Shown here: positions 30,050 through 39,596 of the stretch, piece by piece
Layout: every line of letters starts with the position of its first letter
Position numbering within the stretch: position 1 is the stretch's first letter
Assembly: GCA_965205675.1 (NCBI GenBank)
Contig: OZ242186.1
Location: 1,280,001 to 1,344,000 of the forward strand
Length of the DNA stretch: 64,000 nucleotides
Source: Nitrosopumilus sp.
GTDB taxonomy: Archaea > Thermoproteota > Nitrososphaeria > Nitrososphaerales > Nitrosopumilaceae
Direction of reading: 5' to 3'
The notes under the pieces: generated by a model
Database searches by the model: none
What the model saw: only the letters and a program-made list of their open reading frames with translations
What the model was told of the DNA's origin: nothing
Made by a program: the position numbers and the translations under genes

Positions 30050-32992
30050 GTGCGTCTCTTACTGATTATTCTTTTTACAATTGGAATTATAATTCCAGTT
30101 GCATATGGACAGACAGATGATGTTGATGATAATGCATCTGCAGAGTCTGATCCACTGACTTTGGTAGTTCCCGAACGCCTGCTTATTGGTTCGCACAAAA
30201 ATTACGGACTGTTGGTACGGGATGATGCAGAGCGTTCCTCAATTGTAACACTTGCCGCAAGTTCTGATATTTTGGATCTCCCAAAGACCATATTTTTGGA
30301 CTCGGGAAAAAACCACGGACTGTTTCCAATTACAATACACGGTACGGGAGACGTGCAAGTCACGGCAGTATCTGATGGCAAGTCATATACGGCACAGACT
30401 GCGGTTTACAACCAAATCAACAGTGATTATAAGATAGTTCTCTCTGCGCCAAATGCCACTGCTGTATCGGATGTAAAGATAGGCATACATCTAATTGATC
30501 ATTTTGGAAATCCGGTTCGCGCAAAGGCAGATACTGATATTCGTTTCACTGCCATCAACTTTGATACTGTAACTGATGTCATCACCATCCCAGAATCCGA
30601 AAGCAGTGCGTTTGTGTCAGGTCATGTGTACGGCGATGCCAAAATCTCTGCATACTCTGACAGTACAGTTTCAGATAGTGTAGAGATATCCCGGGTCTGG
30701 AACACTGCAAATGTGCAGTTGGGAATTGCCCCGAAGATCATACTGAATAATTCTTTCGCATATCTTTTCATCTGGCTTGCAGATGAGGAGGGGACACAAG
30801 TCATTCCACATCTGCCACTGTCTGCTACAATCCAGACATCAAATCCGGACGCTGTCGGATTCTCCGGTCTGTACCAGTCAAACCACGAGTCGCATCAAAA
30901 GATACACATATCAGATGGGTTTCACATGATGAAAATTTACACATATAATTCTGGCGTATCTACGATATCAGTCTCAGTGCCGGGATATGGGGCAGTATCT
31001 GAGCACGTCATAGTCGGCGCATTCTGTCCCCATGAAAAAGATGACTGCCCGGATACAGCAGTCTCAAATGATGAGATACCAGAGTCTGCTGATATTACCG
31101 ATAGCATGTTTTGCAGCACTTTATCCGTAGAGGATGATGATGTAGTCATCGAGGATCCCGATGAGAATTCAGATGAGAATTCAGACGGTGGTGCAGATGC
31201 AGATAAGAACACAAAAGATACAGCCCAGAAAAAGAGATCCGGAAACAGCAGCATGTGTGCATCCGTATTTCCCGATTCAAGCATATCTGATGCATATCTT
31301 GTGTGGTCCTTGTATGATGTCTCCTCTTATGATGGAACCCTGGATTTATCATCATCTAGTAGCAATGTGACGATGTACCCCAAGCATTCTTTTTTACAGG
31401 ACTTTTTGATATCCTCTGATGACTCTGTGAATTACAAAAAACAACATGTCTTTGAATCTCAGAGCAGATACACCCAGTCTGCAATCATGCCAATATCAAG
31501 CCGAGACATGGGAGAACATATCATGACCATTACATCTCCCCATTATCCCGCACTCCAAGTGCCATTTGAGATAACATCACAAAAACAGTACTCCCTTAAG
31601 ATACACGCACTGCCGTTTCTAAAGTCCGGAGATGTGGAGCCTCTTTACACAGTATCCATAGTAGATGATGATTCGGAGGGAGGCGCAGTCATCGACCCTC
31701 ATGAGATATTTGGCGATGTAACTGTGAATATTATTACAAATGACATCACATTGGAACACGACTCTATCACACTGCGAGACCCTGTATCCGTAATTTATGG
31801 AATACCTAAAATAAAGCAGCCATCAGTCATGCTAGTCTCTGATCATAACATTGTGGGGAATCACTATTCTGAGATTGGCAGTGACTTGCAGCTCTTAATT
31901 GATGCCCCAGACAGAGTCCATGCAGGAGAGCCGTTTGCAGCGTATGGATACGTTGCTGATTCCTCAGATAATACTCCACTTGCACTGTCTCACTCTCTTA
32001 GCTCTAACTGTGCCACAATTGATGGAATTCTCTTTACATGTGATCGTGACGCAGAGTTTGTCCTAATTGAGGACTCTGTAGGCGTTACCCATCACTCCGT
32101 AGAGGTCTTTGTCAATTCGATAAATAATGACGGCTCAATATCAGTTGACTGGGGTGACATATCAGAAATCATACTCTATGAGGATCACCGCATATCTGTG
32201 AATTCAAATGGTGCTGAGTGGAGCGTCAATACTTCGATACCGCACAGCATAGATGATGGCATAGTGCTGCGCCCCGATGTTGATGGCACGTATGAGGTAT
32301 CAGTGGTATTCTCGCGCCCCGGATATGATACATTTGTACAGTCGCAGGACATAACAATACACAACAAGGTCTCACTGCACCTGAGGGCTACAACTACAGA
32401 TGATGCAGACCTTGCAACGCAGGTAAGCATAGTCAATCTTGACGGAGAACACACGAGAATGACTCCTGGTCATTCCCAGATACTTCGCGGAGAAAACACG
32501 ATTACGTTTCCAAAAAACATCCTGACAGAAGAGTCCGTAGGATATATCCTTGAACACATCGTGTGGAATTCGATATCGTACAATGATAATCATCTAAGCG
32601 GTGTGATGTATGATTCTGCAAAGGTAACGGGCTTGTATCGGGAGGTCGTCAACATTGGTGTCACAAACGCGCTGGGTTCTGGAGTCTACGATGTGGGCGA
32701 CACAGTCACACTGCGTGCTCCGGCACAGGACGTCGTATCATTTCTGATTCGTGATGTGTTAGATTACTGGACATTTGTTCCAGGGAATCACGACATACAC
32801 TCTGATACCATATCATTTGCAGTATCAGAATCATTTCAGACGTCTGCGGTGTACAAGCAGGATTTCACAGGTCTCGTCATAGTTGTGGTGGGAGCATCAC
32901 TTGTGATAATTGCATTAAAGCGCAGAAATGATTTGTTGGCGCTGATACGCCTAAAAAAGGATACAGATGGGGAGGGTGGGCTGAATGTATAG
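30050..32992 (+). CDS. Large surface protein with Ig-like domains and C-terminal TM anchor
   Basis: Signal peptide; beta-rich; GSGVYDVGDTVTLRAP repeat-type motif; TM + basic tail. Confidence 0.75.
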   Translation: MRLLLIILFTIGIIIPVAYGQTDDVDDNASAESDPLTLVVPERLLIGSHKNYGLLVRDDAERSSIVTLAASSDILDLPKTIFLDSGKNHGLFPITIHGTGDVQVTAVSDGKSYTAQTAVYNQINSDYKIVLSAPNATAVSDVKIGIHLIDHFGNPVRAKADTDIRFTAINFDTVTDVITIPESESSAFVSGHVYGDAKISAYSDSTVSDSVEISRVWNTANVQLGIAPKIILNNSFAYLFIWLADEEGTQVIPHLPLSATIQTSNPDAVGFSGLYQSNHESHQKIHISDGFHMMKIYTYNSGVSTISVSVPGYGAVSEHVIVGAFCPHEKDDCPDTAVSNDEIPESADITDSMFCSTLSVEDDDVVIEDPDENSDENSDGGADADKNTKDTAQKKRSGNSSMCASVFPDSSISDAYLVWSLYDVSSYDGTLDLSSSSSNVTMYPKHSFLQDFLISSDDSVNYKKQHVFESQSRYTQSAIMPISSRDMGEHIMTITSPHYPALQVPFEITSQKQYSLKIHALPFLKSGDVEPLYTVSIVDDDSEGGAVIDPHEIFGDVTVNIITNDITLEHDSITLRDPVSVIYGIPKIKQPSVMLVSDHNIVGNHYSEIGSDLQLLIDAPDRVHAGEPFAAYGYVADSSDNTPLALSHSLSSNCATIDGILFTCDRDAEFVLIEDSVGVTHHSVEVFVNSINNDGSISVDWGDISEIILYEDHRISVNSNGAEWSVNTSIPHSIDDGIVLRPDVDGTYEVSVVFSRPGYDTFVQSQDITIHNKVSLHLRATTTDDADLATQVSIVNLDGEHTRMTPGHSQILRGENTITFPKNILTEESVGYILEHIVWNSISYNDNHLSGVMYDSAKVTGLYREVVNIGVTNALGSGVYDVGDTVTLRAPAQDVVSFLIRDVLDYWTFVPGNHDIHSDTISFAVSESFQTSAVYKQDFTGLVIVVVGASLVIIALKRRNDLLALIRLKKDTDGEGGLNV

Positions 32993-35900
32993 ACGACCCT
33001 CAAAGGACTATCTTACAATATCTGTAATGGTACTGGCAGCGTCAGTACTTGTGCTGACACATACATCTGGCAGTGCAGGGGCTTGGAGTTCACATAGCTG
33101 CCATCTCGGCATACAGCAGAAGGTATTTCCGGCATACTATGACGGAGAGATTAGGGAAAATCCTGATGGCACGTATTATCCAGGGGATGCATTTTATTTT
33201 TTATTTGTGTATCGTGAGGGGTCTCACTGCTCCGGGCACAGTCTAACGCTGAACCAGTACGGAAATGCAATGATTGTAGAGTCAAAACATACAATTCCTC
33301 TGACGAGGGAAGACCCTGGATTTAATTCTAAGCTGACTCGTACAGGCAAAGACATTCGCTTTAACTCGTATGACTGGCGTCTTGACTACACTGACTCTGA
33401 TAATGATCTCATAATACCTGAACATGTGCGCTTTAGAACGCCGTCCCTGTTTGGCTCTTTAGACAAGGAGCGACAGGAACTAATTCTGGAGAGGGGAAAT
33501 CATTCCGGCGGTGTCATGGAGCAGATACAACAATACTGTGAGAGCGGCAATAAAAAATGCGTATATGGACGTGTAGAGATTCTGGCAACAGATGATGTCA
33601 GCTCTTGTGACGAGTTCTTATTTGAGAACATCTCCCTTGAAGGTAAACGCATCATTGAAGAATATTCAAGGCAAGCCTCCCCCAACAGATCCACGGGCTG
33701 GAATTTTAATGACTGGGTCAACCCCCTCTTGCCCGGTCGACAGGAACCTGCATTTTATGATGGGCGGTATTCCGATGTAGAACTTTTCCAGGTTTATAGA
33801 TATCTTTCAGCATTTGACCTAATTAATAACACGTCATCAGAAGACTTTGATGAAGACGACGATACAAAGTTTGTCAGCATGCGCAAGCCAACTCACCGCG
33901 CCTCTGAGGAGTACAAGAAATTATACAACAGATACATCACCATCGACTCCATTGTAACACCTAATGTCATAACTTCAAAGTTTGCAGATAATTACAAGGC
34001 ATTTTTGGATACTGAACTTTCTGACGAGAAGATATTCTGTGTTGACAATCCTACGAAAATTGAACTTAAGCTTTCTGCGACATATCAACGGCACGACACC
34101 GACAAATACGGCGAGAGGATACACGTATCATTTCAGAAAATAAAGACATCTACTATTCTACCAGATGTCCTTGATCCTAAATTTGACATACTCTTCAAGT
34201 ATCCTGCACTGCTTGATTCTGATGCATTGCCTGCAAAGAACAACGACGGCACATATTACACAGATGATCCCGCAGCAGTGGTAAGATATCCTGATGTGTT
34301 GTGGGCAGAAGAACGCTGGCCGCTTATTACATTTACAGAACATGACCTGAGTCTCTCAAGATTCATTCAGAATCATTTTTCACATGATTGCGACGATGCA
34401 AGATGTCTGGTCAATATGACATATCCCGGGATATATCACCAGAACCCGATTTCATATGTAAACGGGTACGGGTCAGATGTCTTCTCCATACATAACACTG
34501 CAAGGATTGGAGAGTATATCCCGACATATAATATGAGCATGTATAACCTGGGAGATGAGGTAGCCTCTGATGTCTCATCGGGGTATCTGTTGTTTGTGAA
34601 ATATCTGCCCGTGCTTTCTGCAATTCATAGCTGGTCCAATCTCGACGATGGGGGAAATACGTCCCTTGAGAACAGGAATGCCCTGGGGATACAATACGAC
34701 GGATCTATCGGTGGCGGTCCTAATGATGGCACAGAATCCCTGCATCCGCAAAGAAGGGCAAAACTAAATCACATCTCATATAATGCAAGCCTCTCAGATG
34801 GCTTTCAGACAGTTATAGCAGAGTCGTATAACGGTACAATCACAAATGTGAATGACATTCAGAATATGAGCATCTATCCATCAGTGTCCCAGCTCATACC
34901 CGCACATCTTGCACTCTCCGGAGAGTCATATCAGGGGGAATCGCTGATGAGTCCTTTGTACAACAACACTGCCATCGTATTTTACAGCCAAGGACACTCT
35001 AGAATTCTGATTGCATCTGATCTGCCAGAAGAACTCGTAGATGACGGCTTTGTGGGTGTGGCAGTAAACCATACTCTCTCAAGCGTGGACTTTGCCGGAA
35101 TCCCCACGACCCATCTGGGCAACCACACATACCAGTATCCGTTTGGGTATTTTTCAACGCCGTTGAATCTTACCGCATATGTAGTATCATCAGAGACCGG
35201 CTCTACTGCACACTGTGATGAACAATCGGATTTTATCTGCGTGCCAAAAGACATCATACACAATGACATTGATTATGAGACTCAGATAGGCGATGTCTCA
35301 TTTGCAACGAATCGGGAAAAATCCTTTCTTGGCTTTCCGGAATTTTTAATTCACAGTCACAGGGCAAACGACATTCCCGAGCCCTTTTCGATAATGATAC
35401 TATCTGATGTATACAAGTTTAACACTCCGCAGAATCTTGATGCGTCAACTGGCGTGGTGCTGCTCAACAAGACTGGGATTCACTATGACCTGAAATATGC
35501 AAATGACTGGATAGACTTTGAGCTTGATGGGGTACAAAGAGACATCACAGATGCTGCAAACCATGTGCCCTTTAATTCCACAATAGGTGAGGCTATTAAT
35601 TATACCAGCACCGTATCTGATGAGGATCTTTTGCAGCAGAGTTATGAGGATTTTTTTACATCGTATATGGTTCATGATGTAACCATATCTGCCAAGCGCA
35701 ATGAACTTGAGAAAACAAATGTGGTGGAGATGAATCCCGCAGGTAAACAAATAGTACACTATAGAATAAACATGCATCCTGAGAATCATCTGGAGCATAC
35801 CCGAACATCAATGATGCTTGGAACATCGGCAACAGAGTATTTTGGAGACGGTTATGAGGTGTATGTCGACGGGCAGCATTTCCCAAAACAGGGCCAGTTT

Positions 35901-36161
35901 AGCAGATATGACAATAACGTATGTTCCGGCAATGAATGTGCGGTGAGGTTGGGACATGAAGACCCCGTAGATGTCACAGCAGAGAACATCTGGGGCGGAC
36001 GGGCACAAGGCAAGGGAGTCGCGCCTCCTGATATTCCGGACTTTGAGATGGACTGGGATTTGGCGTCTTTCAGATTCTTGTACATTGGAGCAGGCATTAT
36101 TGCAGTAATGCTTGGATATGTCTTTGTGAAAAAATTTGCAAAGTCATTTTCGAGTAAATGA
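32985..36161 (+). CDS. Large surface protein (1058 aa) with C-terminal TM anchor
   Basis: Signal peptide; NxDGTYYxxD motif twice; coupled to the upstream gene. Confidence 0.75.
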   Translation: MYRRPSKDYLTISVMVLAASVLVLTHTSGSAGAWSSHSCHLGIQQKVFPAYYDGEIRENPDGTYYPGDAFYFLFVYREGSHCSGHSLTLNQYGNAMIVESKHTIPLTREDPGFNSKLTRTGKDIRFNSYDWRLDYTDSDNDLIIPEHVRFRTPSLFGSLDKERQELILERGNHSGGVMEQIQQYCESGNKKCVYGRVEILATDDVSSCDEFLFENISLEGKRIIEEYSRQASPNRSTGWNFNDWVNPLLPGRQEPAFYDGRYSDVELFQVYRYLSAFDLINNTSSEDFDEDDDTKFVSMRKPTHRASEEYKKLYNRYITIDSIVTPNVITSKFADNYKAFLDTELSDEKIFCVDNPTKIELKLSATYQRHDTDKYGERIHVSFQKIKTSTILPDVLDPKFDILFKYPALLDSDALPAKNNDGTYYTDDPAAVVRYPDVLWAEERWPLITFTEHDLSLSRFIQNHFSHDCDDARCLVNMTYPGIYHQNPISYVNGYGSDVFSIHNTARIGEYIPTYNMSMYNLGDEVASDVSSGYLLFVKYLPVLSAIHSWSNLDDGGNTSLENRNALGIQYDGSIGGGPNDGTESLHPQRRAKLNHISYNASLSDGFQTVIAESYNGTITNVNDIQNMSIYPSVSQLIPAHLALSGESYQGESLMSPLYNNTAIVFYSQGHSRILIASDLPEELVDDGFVGVAVNHTLSSVDFAGIPTTHLGNHTYQYPFGYFSTPLNLTAYVVSSETGSTAHCDEQSDFICVPKDIIHNDIDYETQIGDVSFATNREKSFLGFPEFLIHSHRANDIPEPFSIMILSDVYKFNTPQNLDASTGVVLLNKTGIHYDLKYANDWIDFELDGVQRDITDAANHVPFNSTIGEAINYTSTVSDEDLLQQSYEDFFTSYMVHDVTISAKRNELEKTNVVEMNPAGKQIVHYRINMHPENHLEHTRTSMMLGTSATEYFGDGYEVYVDGQHFPKQGQFSRYDNNVCSGNECAVRLGHEDPVDVTAENIWGGRAQGKGVAPPDIPDFEMDWDLASFRFLYIGAGIIAVMLGYVFVKKFAKSFSSK

Positions 36162-36270
36162 TTTGGTGATAACTGGAATGGACGTTGGGATTGGTCATAG
36201 ATGAGTTCAAAACGGTTTGAGGATCTGGTTTTTGAAAACCATTAAACGTAACGCGATATAAAAAGTAAAA

Positions 36271-38739
36271 ATGAGTGCGATAGTTGAGAACATCTCAAGT
36301 TATACTGATATTGTGCGGCTGCAAATAGGTAAAAAACTAGATGTGGATAAATCCGAACTGGAACAATATTTCTCAAGTGCTTCACTTTCCAGACTGATGG
36401 CATCCATGATGAGTTATAGCGGCAAGGAGATCAGTATCTTGGATCCCGGAGCTGGTGTGGGTTCTCTGTTTGTTGCATGTGTCGACGAGATGATTCGTCT
36501 GGGCTTGCGGCCAAAAAAGATTTCAATCACTGCATATGAGATTGACAAATCCCTGTGCAATCACATCGGGGATTCTCTAAAGCGATGCAGGATGTTGTGT
36601 GAAAGAAATGGCATCGAATTTGCGTCAGAGCTGATAAAGAGGGATTTTATCGCAGACTCGGCTATTAATTTAAAAAACAATAATGCCGGAGAGTTTAGCC
36701 ACATCATCCTAAATCCTCCCTACAAAAAAATAAACACATTTTCTAAAACGTATCACATTCTAAATGAATTAAACCTGCAATCCCCAAATTTGTATACTGC
36801 GTTTGTAGCATTATCAGAAAAGATGCTGCAAGATGGCGGGGAACTGGTGTTTATCACTCCACGAAGTTTTTGCAATGGTGCATACTTTCAGTCATTTAGG
36901 AAAAAATTCCTAGCGTCAATGAACATAAAAAGAATCCATCTGTTTGATTCTAGAACCAAACCGTTTCAGGATGATGATATATTGCAAGAGAACATAATTG
37001 TCCATGCGATAAAAAATAAAACCGTCAGGAATATTCTTATTTCATCTAATTCCAGTTCAAGTGATGAGAACACTGTCGTAAAACACCTCAAAAAAGAACA
37101 TGTTCTTCATCCTGATGATCCACAACATTTTATTCACATAGTGTTTGATGAGATGGGTATCATTATTTCTGATAAAATCAGACAGTTAAAATCAACTTTG
37201 AAAGACCTTGGCATTGACGTATCTACTGGCAAGGTAGTTGATTTTAGAATTTCAGATGCGTTAAGATATGAGAAAAATCCCAATACCGTTCCACTGCTTC
37301 GTCCGTTTAATCTCTCAAACGGACATATAAAATTTCCAGTAAAAAATAAAAAAGAAAATCATATCGAGAACACAAAGCAATCGCACGGTCTTTTGGTAAA
37401 AAATGGCAACTATGTTCTTGTAAAACGATTCAGTGCAAAAGAAGAAAGGCGGAGAATAATCGCATCGGTGTTGGGCGTGACTGACTTTGATTATGCTGTG
37501 TTGGGATTTGAAAATAGAATTAATTATTTTCACAGTAATGGGAAAAGTTTGGATGTAAAAATTGCAAAAGGGCTGTCATTGTTTCTCAATTCAACCGCTG
37601 TAGATTTGTATTTCAGGCAGTTTAATGGAAATACACAGGTTAATGCAACTGATCTGAGGTACATCAGATATCCTACACACAATCAGCTAAGAAACCTGGC
37701 AAGTGAGAATACTCATAAATATCTGACACAAAAGCAAATTGATGATCTAGTTGAAAAGGTGTTATTTGGTGTGGATAAAAAATTAGATGATCCCCTAGCT
37801 GGCAAACAAAAGATTGATGAGGCAATTGACATTTTAAAGCAGATGGGCTTTCCCAAACAGCAACAAAATGACAGATCAGCCCTGACACTATTGGCATTGC
37901 TGAATCTAAAGCCCGAGGATTCGTGGAAAAAATCAAAAGCATCTTTAGTTGGCATCACTCCGATGATGAACTCTTTTGAAAAAAATTACGGCAAAAAATA
38001 TGCTCCAAACAGCAGAGAGACAGTCCGAAGATATACAATTCATCAATTTTTACAGGCAGGGTTGGTCGTTGAAAATCCTGACAAACCAGACAGACCTACA
38101 AACAGTGGAAAAACGGTATATGAAATTAATGAAGAATCCCTAAGACTGATTCAAAAGTATGGTTCGCCAAAATGGCAAGAATCCCTGACACGATACAAAA
38201 AAGCAACGCCTTCATTAAAAGAGCAACATTCAAAGCAACGCCAGATGCAATTAATTCCACTTCAGATACCTGATGGAAAATCTTTAAAGTTGTCTGCAGG
38301 CGGTCAGAATATTTTAGTCAAAAAGATATATGATGACTTTTGTTCACGTTTCACTCCTGGTGGAATTCCATTATACATCGGAGATACACGAAAAAAGTTC
38401 ATCTATTATGACAAAGATTGGCTAAAAAAACTCAATATAGTAATTGATCCTCATGGAAAAATACCTGATGCTGTAATTTTTTATCCTGAAAAAAAATGGC
38501 TGGTTCTAATTGAAGCCGTTACCACCCATGGACCTATAGATCCCACACGCAGAAAGGAGTTGGAAAAACTATTTTCCAAATCCAAAGTCGGATTAGTCTA
38601 TGTTACAGCATTTTTGGATTTTCATACGTTCAAAAAATATTTTGAATGTATTTCTTGGGAATCTGAGGTGTGGATTGCAGAACACCCCTCACACATGATT
38701 CATTTTAACGGTTCGAGATTTTTAGGTCCATACAACTAA
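36271..38739 (+). CDS. Fused Eco57I-type N6-adenine MTase + BsuBI/PstI-family restriction endonuclease
   Basis: LDPGAGVG, ILNPPY, FRQFNGNTQVNATDLR; then YAPNSRETVRR, HGKIPD, LIEAVTTHGP, HFNGSRFLGPY. Confidence 0.92.
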   Translation: MSAIVENISSYTDIVRLQIGKKLDVDKSELEQYFSSASLSRLMASMMSYSGKEISILDPGAGVGSLFVACVDEMIRLGLRPKKISITAYEIDKSLCNHIGDSLKRCRMLCERNGIEFASELIKRDFIADSAINLKNNNAGEFSHIILNPPYKKINTFSKTYHILNELNLQSPNLYTAFVALSEKMLQDGGELVFITPRSFCNGAYFQSFRKKFLASMNIKRIHLFDSRTKPFQDDDILQENIIVHAIKNKTVRNILISSNSSSSDENTVVKHLKKEHVLHPDDPQHFIHIVFDEMGIIISDKIRQLKSTLKDLGIDVSTGKVVDFRISDALRYEKNPNTVPLLRPFNLSNGHIKFPVKNKKENHIENTKQSHGLLVKNGNYVLVKRFSAKEERRRIIASVLGVTDFDYAVLGFENRINYFHSNGKSLDVKIAKGLSLFLNSTAVDLYFRQFNGNTQVNATDLRYIRYPTHNQLRNLASENTHKYLTQKQIDDLVEKVLFGVDKKLDDPLAGKQKIDEAIDILKQMGFPKQQQNDRSALTLLALLNLKPEDSWKKSKASLVGITPMMNSFEKNYGKKYAPNSRETVRRYTIHQFLQAGLVVENPDKPDRPTNSGKTVYEINEESLRLIQKYGSPKWQESLTRYKKATPSLKEQHSKQRQMQLIPLQIPDGKSLKLSAGGQNILVKKIYDDFCSRFTPGGIPLYIGDTRKKFIYYDKDWLKKLNIVIDPHGKIPDAVIFYPEKKWLVLIEAVTTHGPIDPTRRKELEKLFSKSKVGLVYVTAFLDFHTFKKYFECISWESEVWIAEHPSHMIHFNGSRFLGPYN

Positions 38740-38801
38740 AACTCGTATTTTTTACATCTGGGTTCTATCCAAATTTGTGGTGTTGTTGATTAAATGATTG
38801 T

Positions 38802-38840
38802 TAGTTTGTGATCTGAGTTGAGTTACTTTCCCATCTACTG
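38802..38840. repeat. 39-bp dispersed repeat copy 2
   Basis: TAGTTTGTGATCTGAGTTGAGTTACTTTCCCATCTACTG, just after the RM gene. Confidence 0.85.
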
Positions 38841-38926
38841 TAAATCTTTGTTTGCAATCTTTTATGAGAATGATGACACTGTATCACAAAAAACGGGCTT
38901 TAACTAGAACCGCTCCATGACATCCC

Positions 38927-39151
38927 ATGAAACATCATGATGCATTTTTAAAAATATGTGACAGGGCAGGTCACTCCCCAGAAAACATCGCAGGGAAGAT
39001 AAAAAACCTTGGTGACGGAGAGTCATTACAATACGGCATATGTCAAATAACCAGACATCATACCAAAAGACACAAGGGAAGAACCCTCTACATGCTCTCA
39101 CTGCACTCTCAGGGCAAGATGATCACAAAAGCCCTGATGGACATACGATAA
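38927..39151 (+). CDS. Small hypothetical protein
   Basis: GGCTTTAAC 28 nt upstream; stop overlaps the ATG at 39151. Confidence 0.55.
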   Translation: MKHHDAFLKICDRAGHSPENIAGKIKNLGDGESLQYGICQITRHHTKRHKGRTLYMLSLHSQGKMITKALMDIR

Positions 39152-39552
39152 TGATTCTGACAAAAGAACACCTGATAATTTTCGGTTCAGTTGGAATAAT
39201 TGGTGCGGCAGTTGTTGCATTACTGATATCTGATTTTGTCGAGTCAACTGATACGTTTGGAACTGATGTCTCAGTTGCAGCAGACATTGCAGATGATCTC
39301 ATAGTGTTACAGTATACAATATTTAACACAGGGCAGACAGAGATTGAATCAGTCTCAGTCAGTGCCATCTGCTGTGGCTTCTCAAAGGGATATGATGATT
39401 TGATTGCACCAGGGAACCGTATCGCAGATACCGTATACCTAAAGGCAGCAGACTATTCTCCTGCACGTGGCGATGTGATACTAGTAGAGTTTCTCATATC
39501 TGATATCGAATCAAACTCTGATGCATTTGTAAGGAAGATAATACTTCGATGA
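39151..39552 (+). CDS. Pilin-like protein (MxxTK[DE] family); start re-called from 39040
   Basis: MILTKEHLII + TM helix; YTIFNTGQTEI; LIAPGN. Confidence 0.7.
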   Translation: MILTKEHLIIFGSVGIIGAAVVALLISDFVESTDTFGTDVSVAADIADDLIVLQYTIFNTGQTEIESVSVSAICCGFSKGYDDLIAPGNRIADTVYLKAADYSPARGDVILVEFLISDIESNSDAFVRKIILR

Positions 39553-39596
39553 CGACAAATTATGCCCTTTAAATTCAATATGCACTGGCATGGTCA

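Noticed and set aside
39040-39150. Longer N-terminus for the pilin-like ORF
   Set aside because: Paralog motif and stop/start overlap favour ATG 39151, with 38927-39151 as the real upstream gene
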